A stretch of DNA of 63,994 nt, counting the filler, from Reticulomyxa filosa (lineage: Eukaryota; Protista; Foraminifera): the NCBI GenBank assembly GCA_000512085.1. It is 22 parts of 22 records of this genome, joined end to end, with 100 filler letters (N's around TTAATTAATTAA, not from the genome) between each part and the next. Parts side by side here need not be neighbours in the genome. Positions count along the whole stretch, not along the records: positions 49,098 to 56,524 come from ASPP01021991.1; positions 56,625 to 58,495 come from ASPP01000702.1; positions 58,596 to 59,797 come from ASPP01025174.1; positions 59,898 to 61,583 come from ASPP01039205.1; positions 61,684 to 63,994 come from ASPP01007993.1; 17 more parts are not named here. One strand, 5' to 3'. Below are positions 49,143-62,085 of the stretch, piece by piece. Below the pieces are notes generated by a model, which saw nothing but the letters and a program-made list of their open reading frames with translations, ran no database searches and was not told where the DNA came from. How positions within the stretch are numbered: the first letter of the stretch is position 1; the number at the start of each line of letters is the position of its first letter. The translations under genes were made by a program, and so were the position numbers.

Positions 49143-50777
49143 TGTCTGCGAGAGGCTCGGAGTATGGCGAGACTGTCTTGGCATCCTAACGTCGTGCGCT
49201 ACTTTACGGCGTGGACGGAAGAGATGACGGATGAACTGCTGGAGCTGACCAAAGACATTCCGATGACAAAGTCGGAAAAGAGCTGCGACAAAGGGACAGT
49301 CAACGATGAGGACGACACAACAAAGCATGGACTGCGACAAACATTTTCCGATGCAAAGGAGGCGTCGTCGCTGTTATTGAGTCCCTTTGACGGTGCGGAA
49401 CAATTCATCCCCTCTTCACCCAATCAAAACTTGTCTCACTTCTTTTCTAACGAGGATCCCCCTACTACTACTACTACTACTAATAGTAGTAGTAGTCCTA
49501 CGCATGCACTAATAATTCAAATGGAGGTTTGCGACCAAGGCACATTGAAGACGTGGTTGCAAGTGCGTCCTCGAGTGGACGTGCTGGAGTCGTGGCACAT
49601 CTTATGTCAGATCGTGCAAGGCTTACACCACGTGCACATGTGCGACGTGTTGCATCGCGATCTCAAGCCTGACAATGTGTTTCTGTGCGCCAATGACGTG
49701 GTCAAATTGGGAGACTTTGGCTTGAGTGTGCATCCCCCTAGTGAAAAGTCTTCTTCATCCTTATTATCATCATCATCATCATCATTATCATCATCGTCAT
49801 CATCGTTGTCGTCCTTGCCATCGATGAAGGACTATTGGAATGATAATCGTAACGAGAGTAGCAATAGCAATAATAATAATAATAATAATAATACGTATAC
49901 TATTACTACTACAATGACACCATTGACAGCAGGATTGGGCACACCTACGTATGCTGCGCCGGAACAAATTGTTGTGGGGTCTACGTCCACAACGAGTGCA
50001 AGAAAAGATCGCAAATGGAATGGCCAGGCGAGTTACTCCAAATCTGCGGACGTGTATCCGCTAGGACTGATTGCTTACGAGCTGTTTTGCCATTTTAGCA
50101 CGGCCATGGAACGCATGCTTGCTTTCAAGAAACTGAAAACCACGGGTCTCGTCGAAGACGATTTCAGGGCCAAATATCCCGAACAGCTCTGCTTGCTGAT
50201 CGAACGAATGACCTCCCAAAATCCAATCCAAAGACCTTCCATTGCTGAAATCTTGCATACCCTCCATAATTTGTATGGCGAGTTGATCCAAGTCACGCGT
50301 TTTCAAAACACTTCATTTCTGGGCAGATTCGACCCTCTTCATCACATGTCCGTCTATTATGCTTCCAATTCTGATCGAAAAGACATTGGGGATCGTGCAG
50401 AGGACAATACATCGATCATGTCGGAAAGAGATCAAGTAGAAAAAGAAGATAGTTATGATAATGATGATGATTGTGATGATGGTAATGATAATAATGATAA
50501 TAATGATAATAATGATAATGATAGGAAACAAAAAGAAATTGAAACAAGTCTACGAAAAATACTTTTGAAAAATTCATTGGGTGTCACTCTTGCCTCCCAA
50601 CAAAGCAACTCAGACAACTGCATTTTGCCAACCTTTTCCGACTGCGATTGTGCTGAAAAGTCCATTGTTACTTTGAAGAATTTACAAATTGATTTGCTCA
50701 GTCGTCGTATTGCCAAACTGGAAGCGCTGTTATCTCAAAATGCTGGAGGGCGATCAATTGCGAATCAGCGCAAGTAA
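49143..50777 (+). CDS. eIF2-alpha kinase (HRI/PEK-like), 5'-truncated
   Basis: LREARSMARLSWHPNVVRYFTAW, long kinase insert, LIIQMEVC, HRDLKPDNVF, VKLGDFGL, TAGLGTPTYAAPEQ, ELF..FSTAMER and a C-terminal coiled coil. Confidence 0.92.
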   Translation, partial: CLREARSMARLSWHPNVVRYFTAWTEEMTDELLELTKDIPMTKSEKSCDKGTVNDEDDTTKHGLRQTFSDAKEASSLLLSPFDGAEQFIPSSPNQNLSHFFSNEDPPTTTTTTNSSSSPTHALIIQMEVCDQGTLKTWLQVRPRVDVLESWHILCQIVQGLHHVHMCDVLHRDLKPDNVFLCANDVVKLGDFGLSVHPPSEKSSSSLLSSSSSSLSSSSSSLSSLPSMKDYWNDNRNESSNSNNNNNNNNTYTITTTMTPLTAGLGTPTYAAPEQIVVGSTSTTSARKDRKWNGQASYSKSADVYPLGLIAYELFCHFSTAMERMLAFKKLKTTGLVEDDFRAKYPEQLCLLIERMTSQNPIQRPSIAEILHTLHNLYGELIQVTRFQNTSFLGRFDPLHHMSVYYASNSDRKDIGDRAEDNTSIMSERDQVEKEDSYDNDDDCDDGNDNNDNNDNNDNDRKQKEIETSLRKILLKNSLGVTLASQQSNSDNCILPTFSDCDCAEKSIVTLKNLQIDLLSRRIAKLEALLSQNAGGRSIANQRK

Positions 50778-52047
50778 AGTGTGGTGAAGAGAACCAAACC
50801 ACGTTTGGTGGTGGGAAAAAGAAAACAAAAACAAAACACGTCACATTAACAAAAAAAAAAAAAAAAAAGCTAATCAACGGACCAGATTTCCAATGTTAAA
50901 AATATCCTTTTTTTCCCCCCTTACCCAAACCCTTTTTGATCGTCAAACTTGTTGGATGAGACGTGCATCAACAATTCCTTTTGTCGTTGTTTTTTGTTTC
51001 TATTTGCTGACTTTGGATTGGCTTTCCTTTGTGGCATTGTGAGCACACTGGACACATAATGGGGATTCCTCATGAAAAGAAAAAGAGCTAAACATACTGC
51101 AACTCTTTTGAGGTTATATGTGTCCAAGCGTATTGACTAATACGTTTTTTTCAGAGTGTAATTCCTCATGAAATATTTCTCTGTTTTTGTTTTGGTGATG
51201 GTTTTTTTTATGTATTGTCTTTCTAGTTGTTTTTGTTTCTCACACAACTTCTCGTCTTTCATGTGGGGTAACGCATTATTCTCACGACAAACAAGCAGCT
51301 ATCTATATAACGTTTTTTTCATTCTTGTAAGCTGGCCAGTCCAATTTAAATGTCATTGAATTTGTATTGTTAATGAATAAGATTTTTCATCGCAAAAATT
51401 AGTTTTTGCTTTCAGACTAATGAGCTTACATTCATTTTAAAGTTGAATTTTTATTTAGATGCATATTAAAAATTGTGATAAATGAAAGAGTTCTTAAAAA
51501 GGGTCTAGTTCCATTTTTTTTTTTTTTTAGACGTCATCAAGTGTTGTGTTCACTATTTTCAAAGTTAAAGAAAGTAATTTTTTAATTTCGTGATTGCAGG
51601 AGAAGTCATATGCAGAAAACAGTTGAAAAAGTGTTTAAAACTTCGGTTAATTGTTTTTCTTTTTTGTCGTTGTCGATTATAGAAACAATAGAAAAATAAC
51701 CAGATAAGCTAAATTATTTCATTTTTTTTGAAGATTGTGTTGCTTTTGTCATTTAATATTTCATACTCCACATTGTTACTTTGTCATTTGATTACTTGAT
51801 ATAATCTTGTAGTTTTGCAAATTCAGCTCGGATGATCCAGCAAGATTAATCAATTTCTAGTACTACTTGCGCTATCCATATTTTTTCTTTTTCCTATATG
51901 TTGTAATTTTTTCAACCTAACAGACTAAAACGTTATTCGATAAGTTCTAAATTGAAGAATGACAATTGTCCACCAACGAAAAGAATTCTACTGTACAAAT
52001 TATTTTTAACATGAAATAAATTAAAGTCATTTCTTTTTTTTATGGAC

Positions 52048-52432
52048 ATACTACAGTATATTGCAAAAAAAACTGTCATGAAAAATAAACATTTAACACT
52101 AATTTTTTAAAATATCTGCAAATATTGTAGTTTTAAAATAAGAAAATTGATTTTATTGTAGGAAGATTGAGGTAGCACCAAGTGCAATAAGAAAGTAATT
52201 ATTTTCAAAAAGCAAACAAAAGTAGTTAATAATCAAGATAAACAACGCACTGACAAGAAATAAGAAAACAGAAAAGTGAAAGAAGAAAGACAGTGAAGGT
52301 TGTTGAGGAAAAAGTGTTCCCTCGTTCATATTAAGTTTCTACTGTAATTAGTAGGGCATTGCACTACAGTATAATAACTTTTTTCTAGATTGGTCAACAG
52401 CATAGTTTTTTCATATGATTTTTGAAAATTTC
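52048..52432 (+). repeat. Dispersed AT-rich repeat, split and deleted copy 3
   Basis: ATACTACAGTATATTGCAAAAAAAACTG-TCATGAAAAATAAACATTT (52048-52108) and TTTTTTCATATGATTTTTGAAAATTT (~52405-52432). Confidence 0.7.
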
Positions 52433-53505
52433 TCAGGAATTACATAAATCAAATATGTATTTACACAATGAAATTTTTAAATCTTTGCTTATGTGTTGAG
52501 TTTTGTAACATTATTAGAATGTGGTATCAACTGTTATTTTTATAATTTAACAATAAGACAATGTTTAACAGGTCATTATGAATTATTTTTTTCTTAAGTA
52601 ATGTGGTAGCGAAAATAGCGTTGCAGGAACCTTCAATGAAAACATATATCGATATTTGGGTTTTGTTCTGGCTATATTCCGAATATTCCGACCATGTTCG
52701 ATATGATTTCTCAAGGAATATAGAACTATTAAACAAAAAATGGTTTTATATCAAGATATAACGTGGAATCTTGCGGGAACAGCTATTTTCCACAATTTAT
52801 TGTTTTCTTACCATTTCAATATGTCAATTATTTAAGCCAATGTAAACTTGAAATTGTACAGTGTGGTGATAATAAGAGGTTTAATAACTAACTATTTGTA
52901 GTGACATTCTTATCCACGTTATTAATTTACTGCAAATGGAGTATATTAAGGGATGCCAACTACTAAATACAATTGACTACTTGCAAAGCGTTATGTTCTT
53001 CTGCGCATTAAACTATAATGTGTAAGGATGTCCTTAACAAGCTATTTTTTACAAAATTTATTTCAAGCCTGATGTAACAGAGGATAAGTCCATATTAAAC
53101 GGTTAAATCCTAAGTGAACTGTGGAGTTCCCAGTGGGCTAAACTTTATTCACAAACGCGACTCACTTTCTCTCTTGTTTTACTCTTTTCTTTATTTTGTT
53201 GTAATTATTGTTGTTACTTTACTTTCTTTTTATTGAAATTAGTTTTCAGAGCTAAGTTTCTTTCATATACACTTAGTTCCGCTCACTTCCTACAATGGAA
53301 TTGACTACGTTAGTTGTTCAAAAATGGACGTCATAAAAGATTGATTAGCAATAAATTGGAGTATTAAAACACGATCTCATACCAAAAAAAGGCTATCTGA
53401 ATTTTTTTGTTTTCAATGATAAAAGCAAGAGTGTCAACAACTTCAAAGGGGTACAAACAAAAACAAAGTAAAGTTTTCTGCTCCTTTCAAACTAACAGTT
53501 GAAAA

Positions 53506-54586
53506 ATGGCAGATTCAGTAAATGAAGAGTCAAATTCTTCCGAGCTAAAAGCAAACCGGTTCCTTTTAACGTTTCCGTAAACAACACTACGAGTAATAAC
53601 AGTGACAACCCTATGAGTAATAACAGTGACAACCCTACGAGTAATAACAGTGACAACCCTATGAGTAATAGCAGTGACAACCCTACGAGTAATAACAGTG
53701 ACAACCCTAACAAGGCTGGTAGCAATGTCCGAAATAGTATTTCGCACAACAATCAAACAACTACCTTTATGAAATATTTTTTAAAGGATGAGATATTAAT
53801 GCTGCATGACAACAGGATTTTTTATTTTCGACCAAAAGACGTGAAAGACTTGAAATCAATTTAACCTTTACTCCAACTGTTTGCAAAATTTATTGACGAC
53901 TCCGAAATATCGATTAATCCAGCTCGTCTATATTCTCTTTAAATTAGCCGATAACATTTCATTTTTGGTATTGGTCATAGCGAGTATTAGTAGCTATAGT
54001 GTAACGAAACAAGATAGCAATTATATTGCTGTATTTACAGTAGTTGGTGTGGAAATTTTTTATGACGTAATGAATTTTACAACCAAAGTTTGGTTTTTGC
54101 ACCGGGTGAGTATACTGATTGGCGCAATATTATACGTAGTTTATGCAATACTTTTTCTTCGTTTGGGCATTTCATGGATATTATGGGTGGTTTATTTTGT
54201 TCGTTTAATTTCATATATTCTTGAGTGTTTAACCGATTTTGCTTTGGATTATGAGATACATAACGATCTTAAGGATAAGGAATCCAAGAGAAAATTTTTT
54301 TGTGGTCGTTTTTCAGTTAATTCTGACTTAAAAGATCTTGAAACGATAAGAAACGAATACCAAGGATCAATTTGTGCGTGGTGGATCACTCCAGCGTTTT
54401 CCTCTAATGTTCCTCTTGTTAAAGATATCTGCAATACTCCATCTTTTTTTTTTGGATATTATGATAGTATTGTTGCTTTTTGTTAATTTTCCCACTGTTA
54501 TCTTGGCTGCTATTGTTGGTGGCCTTTTATATTCATGCCAATTATGTTGTTCTGAAACATGTTTTCGTGAGGTTACCTACATTTAA
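53506..54586 (+). pseudogene. Intronless multi-pass membrane protein gene broken by about three frameshifts (pseudogene or sequencing errors)
   Basis: ORFs at 53506, 53613, 53881 and 54374 join by single-base shifts near 53540, 53860 and 54450; about five TM helices. Confidence 0.5.
53587..53709 (+). repeat. Coding minisatellite, 5 x 24 nt (CTAYGAGTAATARCAGTGACAACC; (T/M)SN(N/S)SDNP)
   Basis: Head-to-tail units with alternating ACG/ATG. Confidence 0.95.
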
Positions 54587-57500
54587 TTGTATGCTAATGT
54601 TTTTTTTTAAATATTAGAATTGGCAATTTATATTTTGTGTTGATTCTTAAATTTTTCAAAAAATGCTTTTTTTTTGAAGTCTTTGTGACTCCAAATTTTT
54701 TCGAACTGCGCTATACAAAAAGATTTTTTTTGTGAGTGACTCCAGTTTTTCGAAAGATTGGTACCCCTGACTGGAGTAAATGAAAATAGATAAACACTTT
54801 TGGACCACACATTTTTACAAAAAAATGTCAAATTACTAAATCTGACTCCAAAATGTAAATAAGTTTTATTTGAAGAAAAGCATAATTATCTTATGCTTTC
54901 TTAAAATTATAACAAATTTATATCAATTAAAGTCTGAATTTTGGGATCATTATCTGTGGATTTGCTTATCGATTGCGTAACTGAGTTCATAAAGAATACA
55001 GTTATTATTGAATTGACAGCAATTTTATTTTTAACTTGGATTTACTTCTTCTAAATGCGATGTTGGATTATTGTCTTATGTTTTAGACAGTCTTTTTTTT
55101 TAAAAAAACTTTTCGTTGACAAAGTAGTTGAGCTTGCTTATCATTAAAAAAGTACTCTAACAAAGACATTCAATGACCAACATCTTATTTAAATCTTGCG
55201 AAAGTATGAAAAACAGAGATTCGAATCTGTTTGTCAACAAATAGATTCGTTATAAAAGAAAATACGTAAAAATCAAGTTTCTTTAGACTGATTACTCCAA
55301 AAACACATGGCCAATAACATGTCCAATATATGTGGAAATGTAAAATTTTGGTCATCCAATTTTCGATTATGTACCCATCATATATTGAGTCAAAATGGAC
55401 AAACTAGTATTCCATCAACTTCTTTGTCAAGACCTAAATCATGGTCAGAAATATACTGAGTAACGTGTTTCTGTTATCTTGTTATTTACAAAAAAAAAGT
55501 TGATGATCAAGTGGGTTTGCAACTGATACATGTGCGATCAACTGTTTTTTTACCAAAAAACTCAATAGTTTAAAACGAATATCCTGTTTGTACCGTTCAG
55601 TAAATCTTAAGCAAAAGGATAAACAACTTGTCAAAGAGATTTTATGTACATTTAAGAACAAAAAACAACACGTTTTTGTACAAATGCTGGAGATCTTTTT
55701 ATTTGTGGCAAAAAGTTGCAAAAATGCAATTTGTGATCCAAGTTTTTTTATGTACTATATCAATGACAGAGAGTTGTTACTGGTTTGTCATTTGTCAATA
55801 AAGAAGTGAAAATAGTTCTTCTTTTAGATTGACCACAATGATGACAAACAAGCGGATTTAAAAAAATGAACTAGCTCACTTTTTGTTGCTCCCATTTTAA
55901 CTAATTTTTTTTAAACTGATTTTGGTCAATGAGATAATTCAACAGTATTTTTCAATGATGAACAGAAGTTTATTTTTTAAATTAAAATATCTTACCTAAC
56001 AATATTTGTATATTTTTCAAGTCACATCCATCAACAATGCAAAGTACTGACAATTGCAGCTCAGAAAAAAAGCACATAACTGGCATCAAACAAAATCATT
56101 TGATTTTAGTTGACAAAAAATTGTATTGGTATGAACCATCACAATTACCACTATTTTAATTTATTTTTTTTGAATAACGACGGTTATGGGAAAAAAATGT
56201 TCAAATTAACCTCTCACACAAATAATTAAAGCACATGAAGCAATTCCATAATGTAGATTGAAATTTCATTGCAAATACTTAATAATACAAAAAGAGGGAA
56301 GGAATAAACACCGAACAGAGCTCAGACAATCATTTGTTTTCCTGGGAGGATGTATTTCATGTGCAATATTTTTGAACCTCACTATTGCAAAAGTGAGTTT
56401 GAGTGATTGATCCAGCAATTTCTTTTGTATCATAGCATTTAACACACATGTATAGGAGAAATTATGAGAGAAAGAAGCGATTGAATATAATTAAGCCCTC
56501 TCTTCCTCTTTTTTTTTTTTCCCCNNNNNNNNNNNNNNNNNNNNNNNNNNNNNNNNNNNNNNNNNNNNTTAATTAATTAANNNNNNNNNNNNNNNNNNNN
56601 NNNNNNNNNNNNNNNNNNNNNNNNTATCACTGTTAAGGCACTTTAGTATGGAAACTGTCACTATGCCTTTGATCATTTCTGAGAACTTGCTTCAGATAAA
56701 TGTGCTTGGTAAAAAACCAACCTCACTTATGAGAATTCAAGTGCAAAATTGCTTTGGATACCACATTTCGTGGCAGACGCATGCTCTCTTTGAGCTACCA
56801 GACCATTTCATTTTTGATATTATCTTATTTCGCATAATGGGTATATTGTTGAGTTATACTATCATAATCATAGTTCAGTCAAACAAATCAATTTAACAAT
56901 TAGCTTCTTTATTAATCCAAGTTTAGCTTTCATGTTTATCGATCGGACAACAATAATTTATCTATATTAAAACTTTACATAGTAGATTTTTTAGTCTAAG
57001 TTTGAGAAATGTTTCTTCAAAAGAAAATCATCTCTAGTGAATCTCGCTTCACTAATACAAAAACAAAAATCTTTTCGACACAGAGAGATGATATTAGGAG
57101 AATACATTAAAAGCAATACGAAACCAGAAACCAAAAAGAGAAAATTAAGAAAAGAATTAACACGAGTATCTAGATATGAATTCGATCGAACCTCATCAAT
57201 TCCGCATCGAATATTATTATTTTATTATTTAATTTACTGAACTTTTAATTGATTGTTATCAATATGAAAAGCAATGAAAATGAAAAAGCTTGTTACTCAA
57301 GGACAGCAAAAAGAAGGCTCTAAAGGAGAGAAAAGGTATAACAATTGCAAAAAAAAGTTAAGAAATCTGATAAACATAAATACACAAAATTTCAATCGAA
57401 TCATTTTCATTGTATGACAATATCTCAAAAAAAAAAAACATGTGGACATATCCAAGAAGAAAGGAAAGATCACAAAACAAATACAATGGAAAATTTTGAT

Positions 57501-57599
57501 TTCATCATTTAAAAAAAAACAATTCTCAACTAACCAACACATACACACATACATGTTTTTTTGTTTATAGTATAACCGCATGTAAAAAATAATATTTAT

Positions 57600-58467
57600 T
57601 TATTCTTGAGCAATCGAAGAAGAACATAACATATCCACATATTTCAATTTAGGACGATATTGTCCTTGTTTTAAATTACCCATAGAAATTTGAAACCAAG
57701 GATGTCTCATAATTTGTTCTCCAGTTGGTCTTTCTTCAGAATTAAATCTAGTCATCCATAAAATTAAATCTCTTGCTTCTGGAGATAAACGTTCAAAATC
57801 TGTCCACCATTTTGGTCTTTGTTGATTACTCCAAGGATTCATTTTATTTAATGCATCATATGATTTTTGTAAATTTTCTAAATTAGTATATTCTCCAAAT
57901 AATAATCTTCCTGGTACTAACATACTAAACATTACAATTCCTAATGACCATATATCAATTTTATAATCACAAGATGTACCTTCTTTAAATAATTCTGGTG
58001 CTACATGTCCAGCAGTACCAACACGTGCCATTCCTAAAATATTTATTATATTTATTATATAATAATTTAAAAAAAAAAAAAAAATACCATTTCCAAAAGT
58101 TGCTTCAGCAGTTCGATTCATTCCTTTAGAAGAATGTCCAAAATCTGTTAATTTAGCTTTCATAAAAACTCCACCTTGCTTTTTTGCATTATGATGCTTA
58201 TAAATATATAAAAGGACATTCAAAGATTTTAAATCACAATGTAAATATCCTTTATCATGCATTTGTTTTAATCCTTGTACAGCATTAGTTACTACCATTC
58301 TTGCAAATGCTTCTCTTACTGCAGGCTTTTCCAAAGACCATCCATGTCGACTAGCTTCACGTCCCACAAAAAAATGATACACATCTGCTTTTGCTAGTTC
58401 CAGTATTGATATCAATGTACGTTTCGATTCCAATACATCGTACAATGTTGTCACATTTTCACTGCCC
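57600..58467 (-). CDS. Ser/Thr protein kinase (CAMK-like, non-RD), 5'-truncated; intron 58034-58087
   Basis: HCDLKSLN, KLTDFG, GTAGHVAPE, DIWSLGI and LSPEARDLI..M......RPT.EQIMRHPW. Confidence 0.9.
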
Positions 58468-58595
58468 TTTTTTTTATTTGTTAAAAAAAAAAAAANNNNN
58501 NNNNNNNNNNNNNNNNNNNNNNNNNNNNNNNNNNNNNNNTTAATTAATTAANNNNNNNNNNNNNNNNNNNNNNNNNNNNNNNNNNNNNNNNNNNN

Positions 58596-59640
58596 TGGAT
58601 TAATGAATATGGGACGCATTTCGTCACCAGCATTGCAACTTCTTGACACTTCACCACACCCATCCAGCAGTTTCTATTACGACACACGATGTGAAGCCAG
58701 TATACGTTCGGAAATGCGCAAATTCGCATTCACATTCGCACTTGCGCGTAGAGAGCCATTCTATAACTAATACCGCAACGTCGACTAATCCTTTTTTTTT
58801 TTTTAAAAAAAAAAAAAAATCAAATGCGAATACCTCCACACTCTTGTGATCATCGTTATTCTTTTCATAATTACCATCACCATTCTCATTCTCTTATTCC
58901 CAAATTCTTCTTTCTGTTTGGTGGTGGTCTTGGTTTGAGTTTTACACAACTCCCTCCCCCCCTCACCAAATTGAGCAACTCGCATATAATGTAGAGATTC
59001 TTTCAGCGTCGTGATTTGATCGAATATCAACGATTTCCCATTTTTCTTATATTCCACTTGCTCGATTGGGCCGGTCGCTGCTGCCAGTTGCGACGCCATT
59101 TCTACTTGCGCGATATCGGCATTTTCCTTTTTCTCAATGACGTCCAAGTTTGAACGTTTGGTACTAACCTCCAATCTCTTTTGGATCGCAAATGCGCATT
59201 TCTTTTTTTTCCCATCTTCTACGTATCTATAATCGAATTGAGCTTTGAATTGAAAAGCACGTAAAGATTTTGGCGCAATTGAGAAATCATGTTAGCCTAT
59301 GTCACGCAGAAAAACAAGGTAAGCAAAACAACACAAACGATACAAGTATTGAGTTTTATCCAACAAAACTTTAGTTGATACATAATCGATTCCGGACAAA
59401 GTCTCGCGAAAATACTCCAAACGCCAAGTGTGCGAAATGTGATGCGAGGAGTCAAGCAAGTATATAATGAATTGATTCCACGACTGACGTATACTTCTTT
59501 TGCAACTGTCCACTTTTATTTGAAACCACTCTACGACTACCAGCAACGTCCAGCAGAGGCTCAAATGTTTGAAAATTGGTCTTGCGACCATCCATCCAAC
59601 AAAAACTTTTCGTGGCTCTTTGACAGCCACCATTTAAATG
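58596..59640 (+). CDS. Internal exons of a hypothetical protein
   Basis: Plus-strand higher-GC blocks (RFFQRRDLIEYQRFP..., YIIDSGQSLAK...FDSHHLN) each ending at a GT donor, with A/T-tract introns. Confidence 0.4.
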
Positions 59641-59897
59641 TAATAGGGGAAACCCCTTTTTCTTCTTTTTATATTATCTTTTTTTTTCCAATTTATTTTT
59701 ATCTTTTATTCTTTTTTTTTCTTTTGCAACTTTTTTTATTTTTTTCCCATTTCATTTTTTTTCTTCATTTTCATTTTTTCTCAAATAAAATTATTCCNNN
59801 NNNNNNNNNNNNNNNNNNNNNNNNNNNNNNNNNNNNNNNNNTTAATTAATTAANNNNNNNNNNNNNNNNNNNNNNNNNNNNNNNNNNNNNNNNNNNN

Positions 59898-60269
59898 AAT
59901 ACAATATTATCTGGATCAGCAGATAAAAGTGTTCGTTTGTGGGATATTCGATCTGGTGAACAAATTCGATTGTTCAATGGACATACCCATATGGTGTATG
60001 CTGTTGAATATTCACCACTTGTAATAAAGAATAGTATTTGTAATTCAAATGTGATATGTTCTGGATCATTGGATAATACAATTCGATTTTGGGATATTCG
60101 ACTAAATAAGAATGAATTGTATGTGATCAAAGGAGATAAGAAAAATGATGGTGGAATATTGTGTATTAAATTTATTGAATTGAAAAAGAAAGACAAGACA
60201 AAGAATGCTAAATATGATTTGAATTTGTGTTATGGTTCAGTCAAAGGTCCCGTTCGTATTTGGAGATAA
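59898..60269 (+). CDS. WD40-repeat protein, C-terminal part
   Basis: SGSADKSVRLWDIRSG..FNGH...VICSGSLDNTIRFWDIR...LCYGSVKGPVRIW. Confidence 0.9.
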   Translation, partial: NTILSGSADKSVRLWDIRSGEQIRLFNGHTHMVYAVEYSPLVIKNSICNSNVICSGSLDNTIRFWDIRLNKNELYVIKGDKKNDGGILCIKFIELKKKDKTKNAKYDLNLCYGSVKGPVRIWR

Positions 60270-61708
60270 TTTTCTTTTGTTGAATAAAAATGAAAGTGTT
60301 TTTGTTTGAAAAATTCGATTAAAAAAAAAATAAGTTGACATTAAACTTCCAAAAACATAGATTAAAATTATTTTGCATGGGATTTAACAAAAAAGTTACC
60401 ATTTTGATAAACAAAACTAATAATTACACTTATTCCAAAAAAGGTTTTCAATACACTTTTTTAAAAAAAACATAATGCTATTCTTTTTTTAAACATAACT
60501 TTCGTAAGAAATATTTTGTTTTTGCTGTTGGCATAAGAGAAAGAAGATCCGAAAAATTTCATGATTCAGTAACTTCGAGTACTTGTTTCCAATTAATGTG
60601 TACATCGTTCAATAGATAGGCATTAATCCTTTCACATCATTAATAAAATTGAAGAAGCTGCTGATTTTTACATTTTCAGATTTAAATGTATTAAATATAG
60701 AAGTATTATTATTTGGTTAAATGCATTTATCGTCAATGCTTGCATCGATTTGCGTGCTTCGTCCAGCATTGCAATAAATAAATCTTTATGTTCATTTGAA
60801 TATTTCAAAACTTTTTACTGTTTATCTTTTAAACTTTGTTTTTGTTTCATCGGTTCCTTTTGGGATAAAGTAAGTATATGAATACGCAAGTCCTTTTCTA
60901 AGCCTTTCCAGCCTCATATATACGTGTATATATTATATCAAAAGTTTGTTATCTGGTCCATTTTCTGAATTTGATAACATATTTCATTAAGCTTACGAAA
61001 TATTAAGTATTCATGTTTATGTTAAACAATAACAAAAAAGAAAGAATAGTCTTGATTCATTTAATATTTCCTCCTTTCATTTCAATATCACTATCATTTA
61101 TACGCTTTTTCCAACTTTTGCTTTTCCATGGATACTAATATAGAGCAGTTAATAAAAAGTCGCAGTATTGTACGTGTCAGCGATTACCAACTGATTTATT
61201 GCGCCTTTTCAAAGGCAAACACAAAATGTGATATCCATGAATGTAGAAAATTCAATTAAAAAAAAATTTGATGAAGGATGGGATCTATTCTCATTTTTAA
61301 TATTTCGAATATTTTTGTTATTTGAAGTATGCATTCGAATAAAACGAGAAGGTAGAAGTTTTGTTGGATTACCAAGGGGTATAGCATTCAAACAAGTATA
61401 TGAAAAAGGTGTAAAAGAATTGCAAGTTCAATTGACAACTTATTGGGATTATATTACAACTGAAGAATTCAAACGTAAATGCCCGGATTTGATGGATGAT
61501 TGGAGTTGCAATGTGGTGAATCGATTGATGAATTTGAATCCATGTAATGAAATGAGTTTGGTGGTTGGTCATAAAGATCATTGNNNNNNNNNNNNNNNNN
61601 NNNNNNNNNNNNNNNNNNNNNNNNNNNTTAATTAATTAANNNNNNNNNNNNNNNNNNNNNNNNNNNNNNNNNNNNNNNNNNNNAAAAAAAAAAAAAAAAA
61701 AAATAAAC

Positions 61709-62085
61709 ACCAGAGTGTCGAATGCAGTGGCCGGCTTAAAGAGTGTGTCCCATTCACTTCGGCTTTTGTTGTCTTCCGTCTTTGGCGCGACGTTGACAAT
61801 CAATCTGTTGGGAACTGTGCACTCATGATTGTGGACACTTGCAAATGCCTTCCGTTGAGACGCTATCGCCACTGACATTGGAAATAGCTTACGGCATTCC
61901 TCTTCTGTTAACACTTTGAATTTTGACGGCTCTTCCTTGCACTCTTTGTCATGTGTCTTTTGTGGCAATTCTTCCCAATCAGAACAAGTTGACATGTACG
62001 AGTGTTTCATTTGAATGGCTCTGAATATTATTTGTCGATGATTCGACAGCCAAAACTTTTGTCCTCTGCACAGAATACTCTTCAT
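61709..62085 (-). CDS. Ornithine cyclodeaminase/mu-crystallin family protein, first exon, with a possible mitochondrial presequence
   Basis: KVLTEEECRKLFPMSVAIASQRKAF...TVPNRLIV...TLFKPA matches the family N-terminus LxEExVxxLLxMxxAIxxxExAF...VPxR...LFMPA. Confidence 0.75.

Noticed and set aside
53587-53709. 24-nt repeats as a CRISPR array
   Set aside because: Head-to-tail with no spacers, in frame in a coding region, and no cas genes.
54680-54850. Three TGACTCCA motifs
   Set aside because: Short, irregularly spaced, with no supportable element boundaries.
55050-55900. Coding-like decayed sequence (also 1400-2050 and 60560-61583)
   Set aside because: Possibly pseudogene debris, but I could not identify a family or motif.
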